The translations under genes were made by a program, and so were the position numbers. Under the pieces are notes generated by a model. It saw nothing but the letters and a program-made list of their open reading frames with translations, did no database searches and was not told the origin of the DNA. Below are positions 40,469 to 50,729 of a stretch of 64,000 nt of DNA, piece after piece. Positions within the stretch are counted from its first letter, which is position 1, and each line of letters starts with the position of its first letter. This stretch comes from Armatimonadota bacterium. Lineage in GTDB: Bacteria > Armatimonadota > Fimbriimonadia > Fimbriimonadales > GBS-DC. The DNA lies in NCBI GenBank assembly GCA_037444405.1, contig JBBIML010000007.1, positions 160,001 through 224,000 of the forward strand, written 5' to 3'.

Positions 40469-42055
40469 ATGCAACGGATTGAGGGAGTGCCCATCTACAC
40501 TTTCTGGGAGCCTGTCCCGATTGCGGAGGCGATGGTGGTTCAGGATGGGCGCGTTGTGGCGGTCGGCGAGCGCGCGGAGCTGGGCGCCCGCTACCCGCAG
40601 GCGAAGCGTGTCCGTCTGGACGGCGGTGCGATTGTGCCCGCCTTCAACGATTGCCATTGCCATGTGCTGGCGCTCGGCATCGATCTGGGCAAAGCCGACC
40701 TGCGCGGCTGCACCTCCATCCCCGAAATCCAGCACCGCCTGCGCGAATGGGCAGCGCAGAACCCCGACGCGCCCTGGATTCTGGGACGCGCCTATGACCA
40801 GAACCTGCTGCAGGAGCGGCGCCACCTGACCCGCCACGAGCTGGATGCCGTCAGCCGCGAGCGACCCATCTTTCTCAACCATGTGAGCAAGCATGGCGCG
40901 GCGGTGAACAGCCGTGCGCTGGCGATAGCGGGCATCACGCGCGAGACGCCTGACCCGCCCGACGGCATCATCGTGCGGGATGAGCGCGGCGAGCCGACCG
41001 GCATCCTGCTGGAGAGCGCGGTATGGCTCGTGTCGCGCCATATTCCCAAACCCACCGGCGCGGAACTGACAGCGGCTGCCCGACGCGCGATGGACGACCT
41101 TGCGCGGCGGGGCATTCTGGCGGCGTCCGACGCCAGCACGGGCTGGCTCGACCTGCAGGAGGAGGTCAACGCCTATGTGCGTGCGCTGGAGCAGGGCGCG
41201 CCCGTGCGCCTCACGCTGATGCCCCTGTACGATGCCGCCCTGAACGCTGGCTGGCTCGACCGCCCTGAACAGGCAGGCGAGGCGACAGGCTTCTCACCCG
41301 AGCCGCCTGGTCCGCACTCCGACCTGCGCTGGGGCGCCATCAAACTTTTCGCCGACGGCGCACTCACCACGCGCACCGCTGCCGTGCGTGAACCCTATGC
41401 CGACACGGACACCACAGGCACGCTGATGTACGAACCCGACGAGCTGATGGAGCGCATTCTGAAGGTGCATCGCGCGGGCTGGCAGTGTGCTGTCCATGCG
41501 ATTGGCGACCGCGCGATTGAGCTGGTGCTGCAGGGCTATCAGCGGGCGTTGCAGGCGATGCCGCGAGCCGACCACCGCCACCGCATCGAACACGCGATGC
41601 TGATGGCGGACGACCTGCTGGAACAGATGCAGGCGCTGGGCGTGGTCGCTGTGCCCCAGCCCGAATTTTTGTGGTGGCTCACCGTCGCCTACCTGCATGC
41701 GCTGGGCGAGCGCGCGAGGGTTCTGATGCCCTATCGCAGCTGGCTGCAGCGCGGCATCGCTGTCGCCTTCAGCTCGGACCAGCCCGTGGTGCCGGGCGAC
41801 CCCATCATCGGCTGGCGGGCAGCCGTCACGCGTACCAGCCGCGACGGAACCTGCCTCTTGCCCGACGAGGCGCTCGACCCGCTTACTGCCCTGCGCCTTT
41901 TCACAGTGGGGAGCGCATACGCCACGCGCGACGCCGAGCTGGGCACGCTTGCGCCCGGCATGCAGGCGCGATGGGTGCTGCTTTCTCACCCGCCCGACGA
42001 AATCGCCGTCGCCGACATGCAGGTGCTGACCACCAGCGCCCAGATAGATTCGTAG
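40469..42055 (+). CDS. YtcJ-like amidohydrolase (family 3)
   Basis: PAFNDCHCH, KLFADG, HAIGDRA, RHRIEH, SSDQP. Confidence 0.9.
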   Translation: MQRIEGVPIYTFWEPVPIAEAMVVQDGRVVAVGERAELGARYPQAKRVRLDGGAIVPAFNDCHCHVLALGIDLGKADLRGCTSIPEIQHRLREWAAQNPDAPWILGRAYDQNLLQERRHLTRHELDAVSRERPIFLNHVSKHGAAVNSRALAIAGITRETPDPPDGIIVRDERGEPTGILLESAVWLVSRHIPKPTGAELTAAARRAMDDLARRGILAASDASTGWLDLQEEVNAYVRALEQGAPVRLTLMPLYDAALNAGWLDRPEQAGEATGFSPEPPGPHSDLRWGAIKLFADGALTTRTAAVREPYADTDTTGTLMYEPDELMERILKVHRAGWQCAVHAIGDRAIELVLQGYQRALQAMPRADHRHRIEHAMLMADDLLEQMQALGVVAVPQPEFLWWLTVAYLHALGERARVLMPYRSWLQRGIAVAFSSDQPVVPGDPIIGWRAAVTRTSRDGTCLLPDEALDPLTALRLFTVGSAYATRDAELGTLAPGMQARWVLLSHPPDEIAVADMQVLTTSAQIDS

Positions 42056-42112
42056 CCTGGGGCATCCCGCCCAGAATCGCCAGTTCGTAGTCTGGGCATC
42101 CTGCCCAGAATC
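42052..42112. repeat. Palindrome family C, tandem pair
   Basis: GTAG(c/t)CTGGG..CATCC(c/t)GCCCAGAATC twice. Confidence 0.7.
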
Positions 42113-42193
42113 ACCCCCCCTGTGTCCAGACAGAGAGCAAAATCTGGTATTTTTCACAGTCCCATCGCCCGTCAAATCGCGTTATAATAGCGG

Positions 42194-42281
42194 TGCCACT
42201 CAACCGTGGCAAGAGCAGACCGCACAGCCTTGTTACCCAACCTCCCTCTGGTGGGACTCGAAAGGGTCCCACTCTTTTTTT
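42194..42281 (+). ncRNA. Candidate small RNA
   Basis: TATAAT 42183-42188, 5' hairpin, ACCTCCCT tract, GAAA-tetraloop terminator followed by T7; no ORF. Confidence 0.5.
42250..42281 (+). terminator. Intrinsic terminator
   Basis: GTGGGACTC-GAAA-GGGTCCCAC then TCTTTTTTT. Confidence 0.85.
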
Positions 42282-42326
42282 GCCCGTGCAAGGTACTATT
42301 AGGCTATTGAGACGCGACGGCTGAGA

Positions 42327-43334
42327 TTGAGTGGCGATCCTGCGCACGATGCCCCGCTAATTGAGCAGGCGGGCGCGTTGATTCGGGCAGGCGGGCTGGT
42401 CGCCTTCCCGACGGAGACGGTGTACGGGCTGGGCGCCGACGCGCTGAACCCTGACGCCGTGCGCCGAATCTTCGAAGCGAAAGGGCGTCCCGCCTGGGAC
42501 CCGCTGATTGTGCATGTCATCAGCCTCGAGCAGATGCGGACGCTGGCGACGGAGTTGCCCCCTGCCGCCGAACGGCTCGCCGCACACCTGATGCCTGGAC
42601 CGCTCACGCTGGTGTTGCCCAGAGCCGGCTGCGTGCCCGATATAGTAACTGCTGGTCTTCCCACCGTCGCGATTCGCATCCCGTCGCATCCGGTGGCGCA
42701 GGCGCTCCTGCGAGCCAGCGGCGTGCCGATTGCTGCTCCCAGCGCGAACCGATTCGGGCGACCCAGCCCCACAACCGCCGACCATGTGATGGCAGATTTG
42801 GAGGGGCGCATCGAGCTGGTACTGGACGCGGGACCCACGCCTGTCGGCGTTGAATCAACCGTGCTGGATTTGACCACGCAGCCGCCCACGATTCTGCGCC
42901 CGGGCGGCGTCGCGCGGGAAGAGATTGAGCGACTGATCGGCGCGGTTCGCCTGCTGGAGGAGGCGCTGCCCGAAGGTGCGCCGTTGCCCTCGCCGGGCAC
43001 CTCGCCGCGCCACTACGCGCCGCGCGTGCCCCTGCACCTGGCGCCACCAGAGCCTGAAGCGCTCTATCAGGCGGTGCAGATGGCGATCGATGAGTACGGG
43101 CGCGTCGGCGTGATGGCGCCTTCAGGCTGGCAGCTGCCGTTAGATGAGCGCGTGCTTGCCTGTGAGTGGGGCAGCTGGGGCGACTGGCAAACGCTCGCGA
43201 AACGGCTCTTTGCGGGCATCCGCTGGCTGGAGTCGCAGGGCGTGGCGGCAATCGTATGCCCCCTGCCCCCTGCGGAACAGCTCGCTCTTGCCATCCGCGA
43301 CCGCCTGCTCCGCGCCGCCCATCCTGAACAGTGA
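42327..43334 (+). CDS. tsaC: Sua5-type L-threonylcarbamoyladenylate synthase (start may be ATT 42306)
   Basis: FPTETVYGLGA, KGRP, APSANRFG, ESTV, SPG...HYAP, C-terminal Sua5 domain. Confidence 0.92.
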   Translation: MSGDPAHDAPLIEQAGALIRAGGLVAFPTETVYGLGADALNPDAVRRIFEAKGRPAWDPLIVHVISLEQMRTLATELPPAAERLAAHLMPGPLTLVLPRAGCVPDIVTAGLPTVAIRIPSHPVAQALLRASGVPIAAPSANRFGRPSPTTADHVMADLEGRIELVLDAGPTPVGVESTVLDLTTQPPTILRPGGVAREEIERLIGAVRLLEEALPEGAPLPSPGTSPRHYAPRVPLHLAPPEPEALYQAVQMAIDEYGRVGVMAPSGWQLPLDERVLACEWGSWGDWQTLAKRLFAGIRWLESQGVAAIVCPLPPAEQLALAIRDRLLRAAHPEQ

Positions 43335-43341
43335 GCAAGCC

Positions 43342-44103
43342 TCATCGTACCCCTGTCAGTCGATCCAGGTGACGCAGGAGGGGATGGCGTTCGAGCCATT
43401 CAGTAAGGGAATGGCGTTCTGCCCAGAGGTGGAACCAGAGCAGGAAGAGGGTCAGAGCGAGCTGAACTTCCATCGGCAGCAGCGCCACCAGCGCGGCGCC
43501 CAGCACGCCCCCCAGCAAGTTGCTGCCCGTGTCGCCCAGCATGCCCCTGCCCGCCCGATCGATGGGCAACACGATCAACAGCCCGACGCCGACGCTCACC
43601 AGCATCCACGCGCTGGCGCTATCGCCTCGCAACGCCAGCGCGATCCCACATGGCAACGCCCCCAGCATAAAAAGCACGCCTGCGCGACCCGGACGCACAT
43701 CGAGCAGGTTGAAAAAGTTCGCACAGAGCGCGATCAGCCCGCCGCTTAGCAGAGCCTGTAGGGAGAGCCAGCCTGCCTGCGTGCTGACCTCCACAATCGC
43801 GACGCCCAGCAGAGGGCTTAATACGAGCTTGAGCAGCCCGGTGGTGGGGCGTCCCTGCAGGAGCGAGCGCAGATGCCCGCGCAAACCCTTCGGCGCGCGC
43901 TGACCCCACTGGTCATCAATGAAGCCCAGCACGCCGAAGCCCAGCGTCAGCAGCCAGTGCAGGTGCGTCGGCACAAACAGCAGCCAGCCTGCCAGCCCCG
44001 TCAGCAGCGGACACAGCCCCAGCCGATCAGGCACCACCTCCCCACGAAAGTTTGGTCGCACCCAATGTCCACACGCATGTGCAGTTGGCACCAATTTTTT
44101 CAT
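43342..44103 (-). CDS. MraY/WecA-like (Glycos_transf_4) membrane protein
   Basis: GFIDD, NLLDVRPGRA, MLGDTGSNLLG. Confidence 0.8.
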   Translation of the reverse strand: MKKLVPTAHACGHWVRPNFRGEVVPDRLGLCPLLTGLAGWLLFVPTHLHWLLTLGFGVLGFIDDQWGQRAPKGLRGHLRSLLQGRPTTGLLKLVLSPLLGVAIVEVSTQAGWLSLQALLSGGLIALCANFFNLLDVRPGRAGVLFMLGALPCGIALALRGDSASAWMLVSVGVGLLIVLPIDRAGRGMLGDTGSNLLGGVLGAALVALLPMEVQLALTLFLLWFHLWAERHSLTEWLERHPLLRHLDRLTGVR

Positions 44104-44106
44104 GAG

Positions 44107-44322
44107 TTAGAGCGTTTCGCCGCGCACCAGTTCAGCAGCGAACTGAAGTGCCTCGTAGACGGCTTCGCGTGTCAGGCGCGGGTGCGCCTCCAGTATCTGC
44201 TCGATCGTTTCACCCGCTGCCAGCTTCTCCGGCACAAGGTCGACAGGGATGCGGGTTCCACGAAACACAGGTTTGCCCATCATCACCTTCGGATTGGCTT
44301 CGATCCATCTGTAGCGCCCCAT
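44107..44322 (-). CDS. DUF433 antitoxin-like protein
   Basis: PKVMMGKPVFRGTRIPV...HPRLTREAVYEALQFA. Confidence 0.85.
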   Translation of the reverse strand: MGRYRWIEANPKVMMGKPVFRGTRIPVDLVPEKLAAGETIEQILEAHPRLTREAVYEALQFAAELVRGETL

Positions 44323-44330
44323 GTGAATAA

Positions 44331-44801
44331 TTATACCCCTGCTGTGCGCGCAATCAGCCTGGCGATGGTCTCCAGAAAGGCTTCGTCGCTCTCGTCGAAC
44401 GCGCCCACTTCCGTGCCGTCCACATCGATTTGACCTCGAATCGCGCCTGTGTGGGGGTCGCGGATCAGCACCACGATCTCGGAGCGCGTCTCCAGATTGC
44501 AGGCGAGGTAGTTCTCGCGCTCGCGCACATCGTACACAATCTGGTTCGCATTCTCGGCGACGGCGGTGCCGCATACCCCGCGCCCCACGGGGATGCGCAC
44601 ATGCTCCGTCGGCGGTCCCACATAGGGTCCCAGCGTCAGCGTGTCGCCTTCCAGCCAGTAGATGCCGACCCAGTGATAGTGAGGCAGGCGATCGTGCAGG
44701 AGCTGCATCAGCTGCTGAAGGCGCTCCTGCAGGGGCGCATCGCCACTCAGAATCGCCTCACTCTCCTGAATCAGCTGCTGGGCGAGCGGGGCGTCTATCA
44801 T
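44331..44801 (-). CDS. GAF-domain protein (free Met-R-sulfoxide reductase-like)
   Basis: WVGIY, LGPYVG, GRGVCG, YLAC, SEIVV, QIDVD. Confidence 0.82.
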   Translation of the reverse strand: MIDAPLAQQLIQESEAILSGDAPLQERLQQLMQLLHDRLPHYHWVGIYWLEGDTLTLGPYVGPPTEHVRIPVGRGVCGTAVAENANQIVYDVRERENYLACNLETRSEIVVLIRDPHTGAIRGQIDVDGTEVGAFDESDEAFLETIARLIARTAGV

Positions 44802-45433
44802 GGTTTTCTGAACTGGGGCTTGGGCGCAGGGTTGACAGGCTGGCTGGTGGTGGGTTCTTTCGGTCGGGCTTCCTGCAGCACGACGGCTTTCTCGATTACA
44901 TCGCCGCGCTGAATCCGATCGACCACCTCCATGCCCTGCACCACTTCGCCGAAGATGACGTACTTGCCGTCCAGCTGGGGCTGTGGCTCCAGGCAGATAT
45001 AGAACTGGCTGCCGGCGCTGTCGGGGTCAGGCTTGCGTGCCATGCCGATTGCGCCGCGCGTGTGCTTCAGATTGTTCGGCTCGAACTTGATAGTGTAGCC
45101 CGGTCCGCCCGTACCGACGCGCGGGTCATCCAGCGACACATTCGGGTCCTTCGTGATGGGGTCGCCCGCCTGCACCACGAAGCGCGGCACCACGCGGTGG
45201 AAGCGGATGCCGTCATAAAACTTCTGCTTGACCAGCTTCAGGAAGTTCTCGCAGGTTTTGGGCGCCTCCTTGAGGTTGAGGCGGATATAGATGTCGCCCT
45301 TATCTTTGATGGTCATCTTCACGACTGTCTCGCCCGGTTTGGGCTTGTAAGGCTTTTGCTGGGCTTGCTGGGCGATGCCCATCAGTCCGATGCCCAGCAG
45401 AATCGCGCCCAGAGTCGCTATTGCCAATCGCAT
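44798..45433 (-). CDS. Exported cyclophilin-type peptidyl-prolyl isomerase
   Basis: Signal peptide; FHRVV, AGDP, SAGSQFYI, LDGKY.IFGEV. Confidence 0.92.
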   Translation of the reverse strand: MRLAIATLGAILLGIGLMGIAQQAQQKPYKPKPGETVVKMTIKDKGDIYIRLNLKEAPKTCENFLKLVKQKFYDGIRFHRVVPRFVVQAGDPITKDPNVSLDDPRVGTGGPGYTIKFEPNNLKHTRGAIGMARKPDPDSAGSQFYICLEPQPQLDGKYVIFGEVVQGMEVVDRIQRGDVIEKAVVLQEARPKEPTTSQPVNPAPKPQFRKP

Positions 45434-45513
45434 CGTCGGTTCACCTCCGCGTCGAGTGTACCCGATGGGGTATAATAGAGTCGCCCGCGCAACGCGGGGA
45501 AAGGAGGTCAACG

Positions 45514-46575
45514 ATGATACGGCATACAACGCTGATGATGGGTCTGGCGCTGGCTTGCGCCGTCGGGATGGCGCAGCCGACGATCGATGGACGCAATATC
45601 CCGTCCGAGTTTGGAACCGCGCTCGCCTCGCAGACGAATTACACCGGCTTCGGCGACCATACAGGTGGTGTCCACTGGGGTTCCGAGCTGGATCAGCTCT
45701 TTGTGCGCTGCGAGGGCGGCGTGCTATATATCGGCGTAACGGGCAATCTGGAGGGCAACGGCAACGCCTTCCACTTCTACATCGACACGGGACGCAACCC
45801 CAGCAACACCTTCACGCTCACCACCGGCTGCATCAACTGCTCGGTGCAGGGCATGAGCGGCGTGGTGTTCGACCACCAGCCTGACTGGGCACTCGGTGTG
45901 AACCGCTATGATGATGGGCAGGGCAACGACAATATCTATGTTGACCTGCACGACCTGGTGAACAATGTCTCCACCTATCTGGGTGCTGCACCCACCAACA
46001 CAGGCGACGGCACGCTGAGCGGCGGCGATAACACAGCAGGCGTGCGCGCCGCGCTGGACAACACCAACGAAGGCGGCATCACCAGCGACCCGAATAATCT
46101 CGGCAATCCCGCTGAGGTCACCACCGGGATGGAGGTGGCAATCCCGCTGAGCGCTTTAAATTATTCGGGCGGTAGAATACGAATTCTGGTGGTGCTGACG
46201 GGCGGCGCTGATCTGAACGATCCCTGCCATGGCACCTATATGTCGAACCAGACTCTGCCCGCGCTGAATACTGGCGACCCTGCCCAGCAGTTCCCGAATG
46301 TGGCGTGGGTGCGCTGTCCGAATCCGCCGTTCGATTCGTTCCCCTTCAGCTTTCAGGTGAGCGCGCCGGGCACCCAGTATGTGGAGATTGAGCCGTGCCC
46401 GACGGGACCTGAGGGCGATGTGAACGGCGACGGCTGTGTGGACGACGCCGACCTGCTGGCGGTGCTGTTCGCCTTTGGTCAGACGGGCAACCTGCCAGAG
46501 GATGTGAACGGCGACGGTGTGGTGGATGACGCCGACCTGCTGATTGTGCTGTTCAACTTCGGGCAGGGCTGCTGA
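45514..46575 (+). CDS. Secreted hypothetical protein with a dockerin-like tail
   Basis: AAGGAGG SD, signal peptide, GDVNGDGCVDDADLLAVLFAFG...DDADLLIVLFNFGQGC. Confidence 0.82.
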   Translation: MIRHTTLMMGLALACAVGMAQPTIDGRNIPSEFGTALASQTNYTGFGDHTGGVHWGSELDQLFVRCEGGVLYIGVTGNLEGNGNAFHFYIDTGRNPSNTFTLTTGCINCSVQGMSGVVFDHQPDWALGVNRYDDGQGNDNIYVDLHDLVNNVSTYLGAAPTNTGDGTLSGGDNTAGVRAALDNTNEGGITSDPNNLGNPAEVTTGMEVAIPLSALNYSGGRIRILVVLTGGADLNDPCHGTYMSNQTLPALNTGDPAQQFPNVAWVRCPNPPFDSFPFSFQVSAPGTQYVEIEPCPTGPEGDVNGDGCVDDADLLAVLFAFGQTGNLPEDVNGDGVVDDADLLIVLFNFGQGC

Positions 46576-46584
46576 ACCTTCATT

Positions 46585-46660
46585 CCCTCACCCATACCCT
46601 CTCCCCCCGCTTGCGGGGGAGAGGGTTTCGAATTCTCCCTCTCTCCTCTGGTGAGAAGGT
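46585..46660. repeat. Palindromic repeat family A (one good and one degenerate copy)
   Basis: CCCTCACCCATACCCTCTCCCCCCGC-TT-GCGGGGGAGAGGG. Confidence 0.75.
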
Positions 46661-46727
46661 GTGGATAGGAAGGTTTCTTGCCTTGCGCTGGCAGTCGGGT
46701 AATATTCCCATCGTCAGGAGCGCGGGC

Positions 46728-47849
46728 ATGCGAATTGCGCATATCAGCGATGTGCATCTGGGCTATCGGGCGTACAGTCGGTTAAGCGCGCGTGGGGTCA
46801 ATCAGCGCGAGCGGGATGTGTTGCGGGCGTTTCGGGAGGCGCTGCGCCTGCTGATGGAGCATCAGCCAGAACTAGTGGTGATCACAGGCGACCTGTTCCA
46901 TTCGGTACGCCCGCCGAACTATAGCCTGCTGAACGCCTATCGGTTCATCAGCGCGGTACAGCAGGAGCGCGGGGGCGCACCGTTAATCATGATTGCCGGC
47001 AATCACGAGACGCCGCGCTCCGCCGAAAGCAGCTGCATTCTGGGACTGTTCCGCCATATTCCCGGCGTGCAGGTGGTGGACGACCGCATCGAGAGCCTGA
47101 TGCTGGAATCGCTCGGTGTGCATCTGCTGTGCATCCCCTCGCGCGGACTGTATCATCTGACCAGCATCCAGATCGAACCGAACCCACAGGCGAAAGTGAA
47201 TGTGCTGCTCTTGCATGGCATTCTGGAGGGTCTGGCGTCCTACGCGATTGAGCGTCCCGTGTCGCGCCAGGTGATTCTGAACGATGGCTGGGACTATATC
47301 GCGCTGGGCGACTGGCACCTGTACACACAGGTTGCGTCGAACGCCATCTATGCGGGCGCGACGGAGTTCACCAGCAACAACATTTGGGAGGAGGCGGGCA
47401 AGCCGAAAGGGTTCGTGCTGTATGAGGTGGAGACGCGCACGCACCAGTTCATTCCTGTGCCCACGCGCGCGGTGTATGACCTGCTGCCCATCGACGCGCG
47501 GGAGCTGACCGCAGGGGAGATTAACGAGCAGATTCGGGCGCGCGCCGAATCGGTGGACATCACCGACGCGATTGTACGCCAGCGGGTTTATAATCTGTTG
47601 CCCGAGCAGCGGTCGGGGCTGGATGGGAACTTATTGCGCGAGTTGCGGGCGCGGGCGCTGCATTACCATCTCGATTTGCGGATGTATCGGGAAGGGCGTG
47701 TGGGGCGTGGTGCGCCCGATTCAGAGGAGCGCCCCTCGACGCTGGTGGACGAATGGCGCGAGTTTGCCAGCCGCTATGAGCTGCCTGCTGGCGTGGAGCG
47801 CGGCGACTTTATCGAGCTGGGCGCCCGCTACCTGCGAGAGGAGAGTTAG
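46728..47849 (+). CDS. SbcD/Mre11-family nuclease
   Basis: [27 protein letters not shown]. Confidence 0.85.
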   Translation: MRIAHISDVHLGYRAYSRLSARGVNQRERDVLRAFREALRLLMEHQPELVVITGDLFHSVRPPNYSLLNAYRFISAVQQERGGAPLIMIAGNHETPRSAESSCILGLFRHIPGVQVVDDRIESLMLESLGVHLLCIPSRGLYHLTSIQIEPNPQAKVNVLLLHGILEGLASYAIERPVSRQVILNDGWDYIALGDWHLYTQVASNAIYAGATEFTSNNIWEEAGKPKGFVLYEVETRTHQFIPVPTRAVYDLLPIDARELTAGEINEQIRARAESVDITDAIVRQRVYNLLPEQRSGLDGNLLRELRARALHYHLDLRMYREGRVGRGAPDSEERPSTLVDEWREFASRYELPAGVERGDFIELGARYLREES

Positions 47850-47853
47850 CGCG

Positions 47854-48186
47854 ATGGCATGGGGCTATCTGCTGATTGCGGGCGTGATGGAGATTGTGTG
47901 GGCGATTGCGCTCAAGCTGTCGAACGGTTTCACGCGCCCGCTGCCTGTGGCGGTGGTGATTGTGGCGGGGCTGCTAAGCCTACTGTTTCTGGCGTTGGCA
48001 GCCCGCCAGATACCGATTGGCACGGCATATGCGGTGTGGACCGGCATCGGCGCGGCGGGCGTCGCGATCATCGGCATCTTCTGGTTCAACGAGCCACGCA
48101 CGGCAGCGCGACTGCTCTTTATCGCGCTGATCGTGCTGGGCGTGATCGGCTTACGGCTGGTTTCACCGACAAATGATGGGAAGTGA
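47854..48186 (+). CDS. SMR transporter, SugE/Gdx-like
   Basis: [31 protein letters not shown]. Confidence 0.88.
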   Translation: MAWGYLLIAGVMEIVWAIALKLSNGFTRPLPVAVVIVAGLLSLLFLALAARQIPIGTAYAVWTGIGAAGVAIIGIFWFNEPRTAARLLFIALIVLGVIGLRLVSPTNDGK

Positions 48187-49816
48187 GACGGGGCAGACGG
48201 GCGCGACGGGGCAGGGCGATCAGTCGCCCCACGGCTATAGCTGGGCACGCGCCTCGCTGTTGATGATGAGCGCGATCACCCTTAGCCGCGTGCTGGGCAT
48301 GCTGCGCGACACGGTGATTGCCTACCGCTTCGGGCAGAACGAATGGACAGACGCCTATCGCGCCGCGTTTCAGTTGCCCGATCTGCTCTTTTTTATGGTG
48401 GCGGGGGGTGCGCTCTCTTCCGCGCTGATGCCCATCTTTTCAGGCTACTGGGAACAGCGTCAGAAAGAGGAGGCGTGGCGTGTCTTCTCCAGCGTGTTCA
48501 CGCTGATGGTGGGATTGACCACGCTGCTGGTGCTGCTGCTGGAGTTGATCGCGCCGTGGGTGGTCGCGCTGATGTTCCCCGGCTTTGACCGCATGCGTTA
48601 TGAGTGGACGACTATCCTGACGCGCATCGTGCTGCCGTCGCAAATCTTTTTTCTGATGGGCGGGCTGATGATGGCAACGCTGTACGCGCGTCGCCATTTT
48701 TTGGTGCCCGCGCTGGGACCGAACATATACAATCTGGGGATTATTTTTGGCGGGCTGGTGCTGGCGGTTCCGTTCGGGATCACGGGGCTGGCGTATGGGG
48801 CGCTGCTGGGGGCGTTTGTGGGCAGTGTGCTGATGCCTGGGTGGGCAATGATGCGGCTGGGCAGCGCCTATCGCCCGCTGCTGGACTGGCGTCATCCGGG
48901 GGTGCGGCAGGTATTCCGGCTGATGTTGCCCGTGATGTTCGGTCTATCGCTGCCGGGCATCTATATGCTGATTTTGCGGGTGTTTGCGTCGTGGTTGCCT
49001 GCGGGCGCGATTTCGGCGCTGGATAACGCGAATCGCCAGATGCAGGCGCCGCTGGGGATTGTGGGTCAGGGAATTGCGCTGGCGATTTTTCCTGCGCTCA
49101 CGGCGCTGGCAGCCACCCGGCGATGGCATGAGCTGCGGGTGGTGTTGAAGCGCGGCTTGCGGCTGGTCTGGTTCCTGACCGCGCCAGCGACGGTATTGCT
49201 GCTGATTCTGGCGGAAGACATCGGGCGCGTGCTGTTGCAGTATGGGCGGTTCCGCCCGGAAGACACGGCGATGGTGGCGGCGGCACTGCGCGGGTTTGCG
49301 ATAGGGTTGTTCGCGTGGTCGGGTCAGGCGCTGATTTCGCGGGCGTTTTTCGCGCTGCGCGATTCGCTGACGCCCGTGCTGATTGGCAGCGCCGTTACGC
49401 TGGGGTTCGTTCCACTCTGTTTTGTGCTGATGCGCTGGCTGGACTATGTGGGGCTGGCGCTGGCGACCTCGTTAGCCGCCACATGGCAGATGGTATGGAT
49501 GTTGCGCGTGTTGCGGCAGCGTCTGCCTATCGCTGAGCAGGTGGATAGCGAGCCGCTGGTCCATCCCGTATTGCGGATTGGGGTGGCGTCGCTGGTGACG
49601 GGCGTGTGGGCATTCGGGCTGCACGGGCTGATGGGGACGCTGGTGCGGGGCTGGCAGCCGAATCTGGCTTCGCTGGTTACCATTCTGGTGGTGGGCGGCA
49701 CCAGCGCCGGGCTGTACCTCGCGCTTGCCCGCTGGCTGAAATTGCCTGAGTGGAGTTATATTGATAATCTGCTACGCCGCTGGCGACGCAATCAGGATTC
49801 AGCCGTGCGGGGATAG
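48173..49816 (+). CDS. murJ: Lipid II flippase MurJ
   Basis: [42 protein letters not shown]. Confidence 0.92.
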   Translation: MMGSETGQTGATGQGDQSPHGYSWARASLLMMSAITLSRVLGMLRDTVIAYRFGQNEWTDAYRAAFQLPDLLFFMVAGGALSSALMPIFSGYWEQRQKEEAWRVFSSVFTLMVGLTTLLVLLLELIAPWVVALMFPGFDRMRYEWTTILTRIVLPSQIFFLMGGLMMATLYARRHFLVPALGPNIYNLGIIFGGLVLAVPFGITGLAYGALLGAFVGSVLMPGWAMMRLGSAYRPLLDWRHPGVRQVFRLMLPVMFGLSLPGIYMLILRVFASWLPAGAISALDNANRQMQAPLGIVGQGIALAIFPALTALAATRRWHELRVVLKRGLRLVWFLTAPATVLLLILAEDIGRVLLQYGRFRPEDTAMVAAALRGFAIGLFAWSGQALISRAFFALRDSLTPVLIGSAVTLGFVPLCFVLMRWLDYVGLALATSLAATWQMVWMLRVLRQRLPIAEQVDSEPLVHPVLRIGVASLVTGVWAFGLHGLMGTLVRGWQPNLASLVTILVVGGTSAGLYLALARWLKLPEWSYIDNLLRRWRRNQDSAVRG

Positions 49817-49875
49817 CAATTTGGCAGTGTGATTCCATCTGGAGGGCTTATCTGAGTTTTGCAAAGGGCTGTGTT

Positions 49876-49950
49876 TTGCAACGGGTTGTGGGAGCGGGTA
49901 CAATAGGGTAGGGTCAAAGACCGCCGTCAGGGTGGCGGAGGTTTTTGCCC
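49876..49950 (+). promoter_or_regulatory. Promoter and 5' leader hairpin of the yceD-rpmF-plsX operon
   Basis: TTGCAA-N17-TACAAT; hairpin 49911-49950. Confidence 0.6.
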
Positions 49951-49969
49951 GATCAAGGGGGAGCCGACG

Positions 49970-50527
49970 ATGAAAGCGTATCGGTTGGATTTGAACGATG
50001 TTGTCCAGCATCCTGGGCGCAGGGTCGAGTACCCGATCGAGATCTGGTTGGAGCGGGAAGAGGCTCCCCCGCTGGCGGAACCTGTACAGGGTGTGCTGAT
50101 TGCCGAGAGTGGCGGACGCATTCTGCGCATCGGTGGCGAGTTTCGCACGGCGGTGTGGCTGGAGTGCGGACGCTGTTTAACTTACTATCGGCAGCCCATC
50201 GAGTTCCGCATCCAGGAGGAGTTCCCGCTGGTGGGCACACCCGCGGGGCTGAACCCTCAGGGTTATGCGGAGGTCGAAGATCGGGACTCGTTCCCCGTGT
50301 TCGAGGGCAACGGACTGTATGCCGATGAGCTGTTGCGGCAATATGTGATTGTACATTTGCCGATAGCGCCTGTGTGCCAGCCTGGCTGCAAGGGGCTATG
50401 TCCTCGCTGCGGTAAGAATCTGAACGAGGGCAGTTGCAGTTGCTCGCCCCGAATGGGGCATCCTGCATTCGAAGCGCTGGCACGCGCCTGGTACGGCGAA
50501 CAGGACAACGACGAGAACGGGAGGTAA
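49970..50527 (+). CDS. YceD/DUF177 protein
   Basis: ECGRCL, CQPGCKGLCPRCGKNLN; upstream of rpmF. Confidence 0.92.
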   Translation: MKAYRLDLNDVVQHPGRRVEYPIEIWLEREEAPPLAEPVQGVLIAESGGRILRIGGEFRTAVWLECGRCLTYYRQPIEFRIQEEFPLVGTPAGLNPQGYAEVEDRDSFPVFEGNGLYADELLRQYVIVHLPIAPVCQPGCKGLCPRCGKNLNEGSCSCSPRMGHPAFEALARAWYGEQDNDENGR

Positions 50528-50531
50528 ACCG

Positions 50532-50729
50532 ATGGCGAATCCGAAACGACGACACACCCATGCGCGTGGGGCGAAACGCCGCACGCATTACAAGCTGGAG
50601 GTGCCGGGGCTGAGCCGGTGCCGGCAGTGTGGGGAGTTGCACCTGCCGCATCGTGCCTGCCCTGTGTGCGGCTACTATCGCGGACGCAAGTATCGACAGG
50701 CGATTGTAGGCGTGGACACTGAAGAGTGA
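50532..50729 (+). CDS. rpmF: 50S ribosomal protein L32
   Basis: MANPKRR, CRQCGE...PHRACPVCGYY. Confidence 0.96.
   Translation: MANPKRRHTHARGAKRRTHYKLEVPGLSRCRQCGELHLPHRACPVCGYYRGRKYRQAIVGVDTEE

Noticed and set aside
46728..47849. SbcD-like gene as part of a defence system
   Set aside because: Neighbours are SMR and murJ with no ATPase; most simply a split sbcCD
47850..47853. Guanidine riboswitch before the SugE-like gene
   Set aside because: Only 4 nt separate it from the upstream gene
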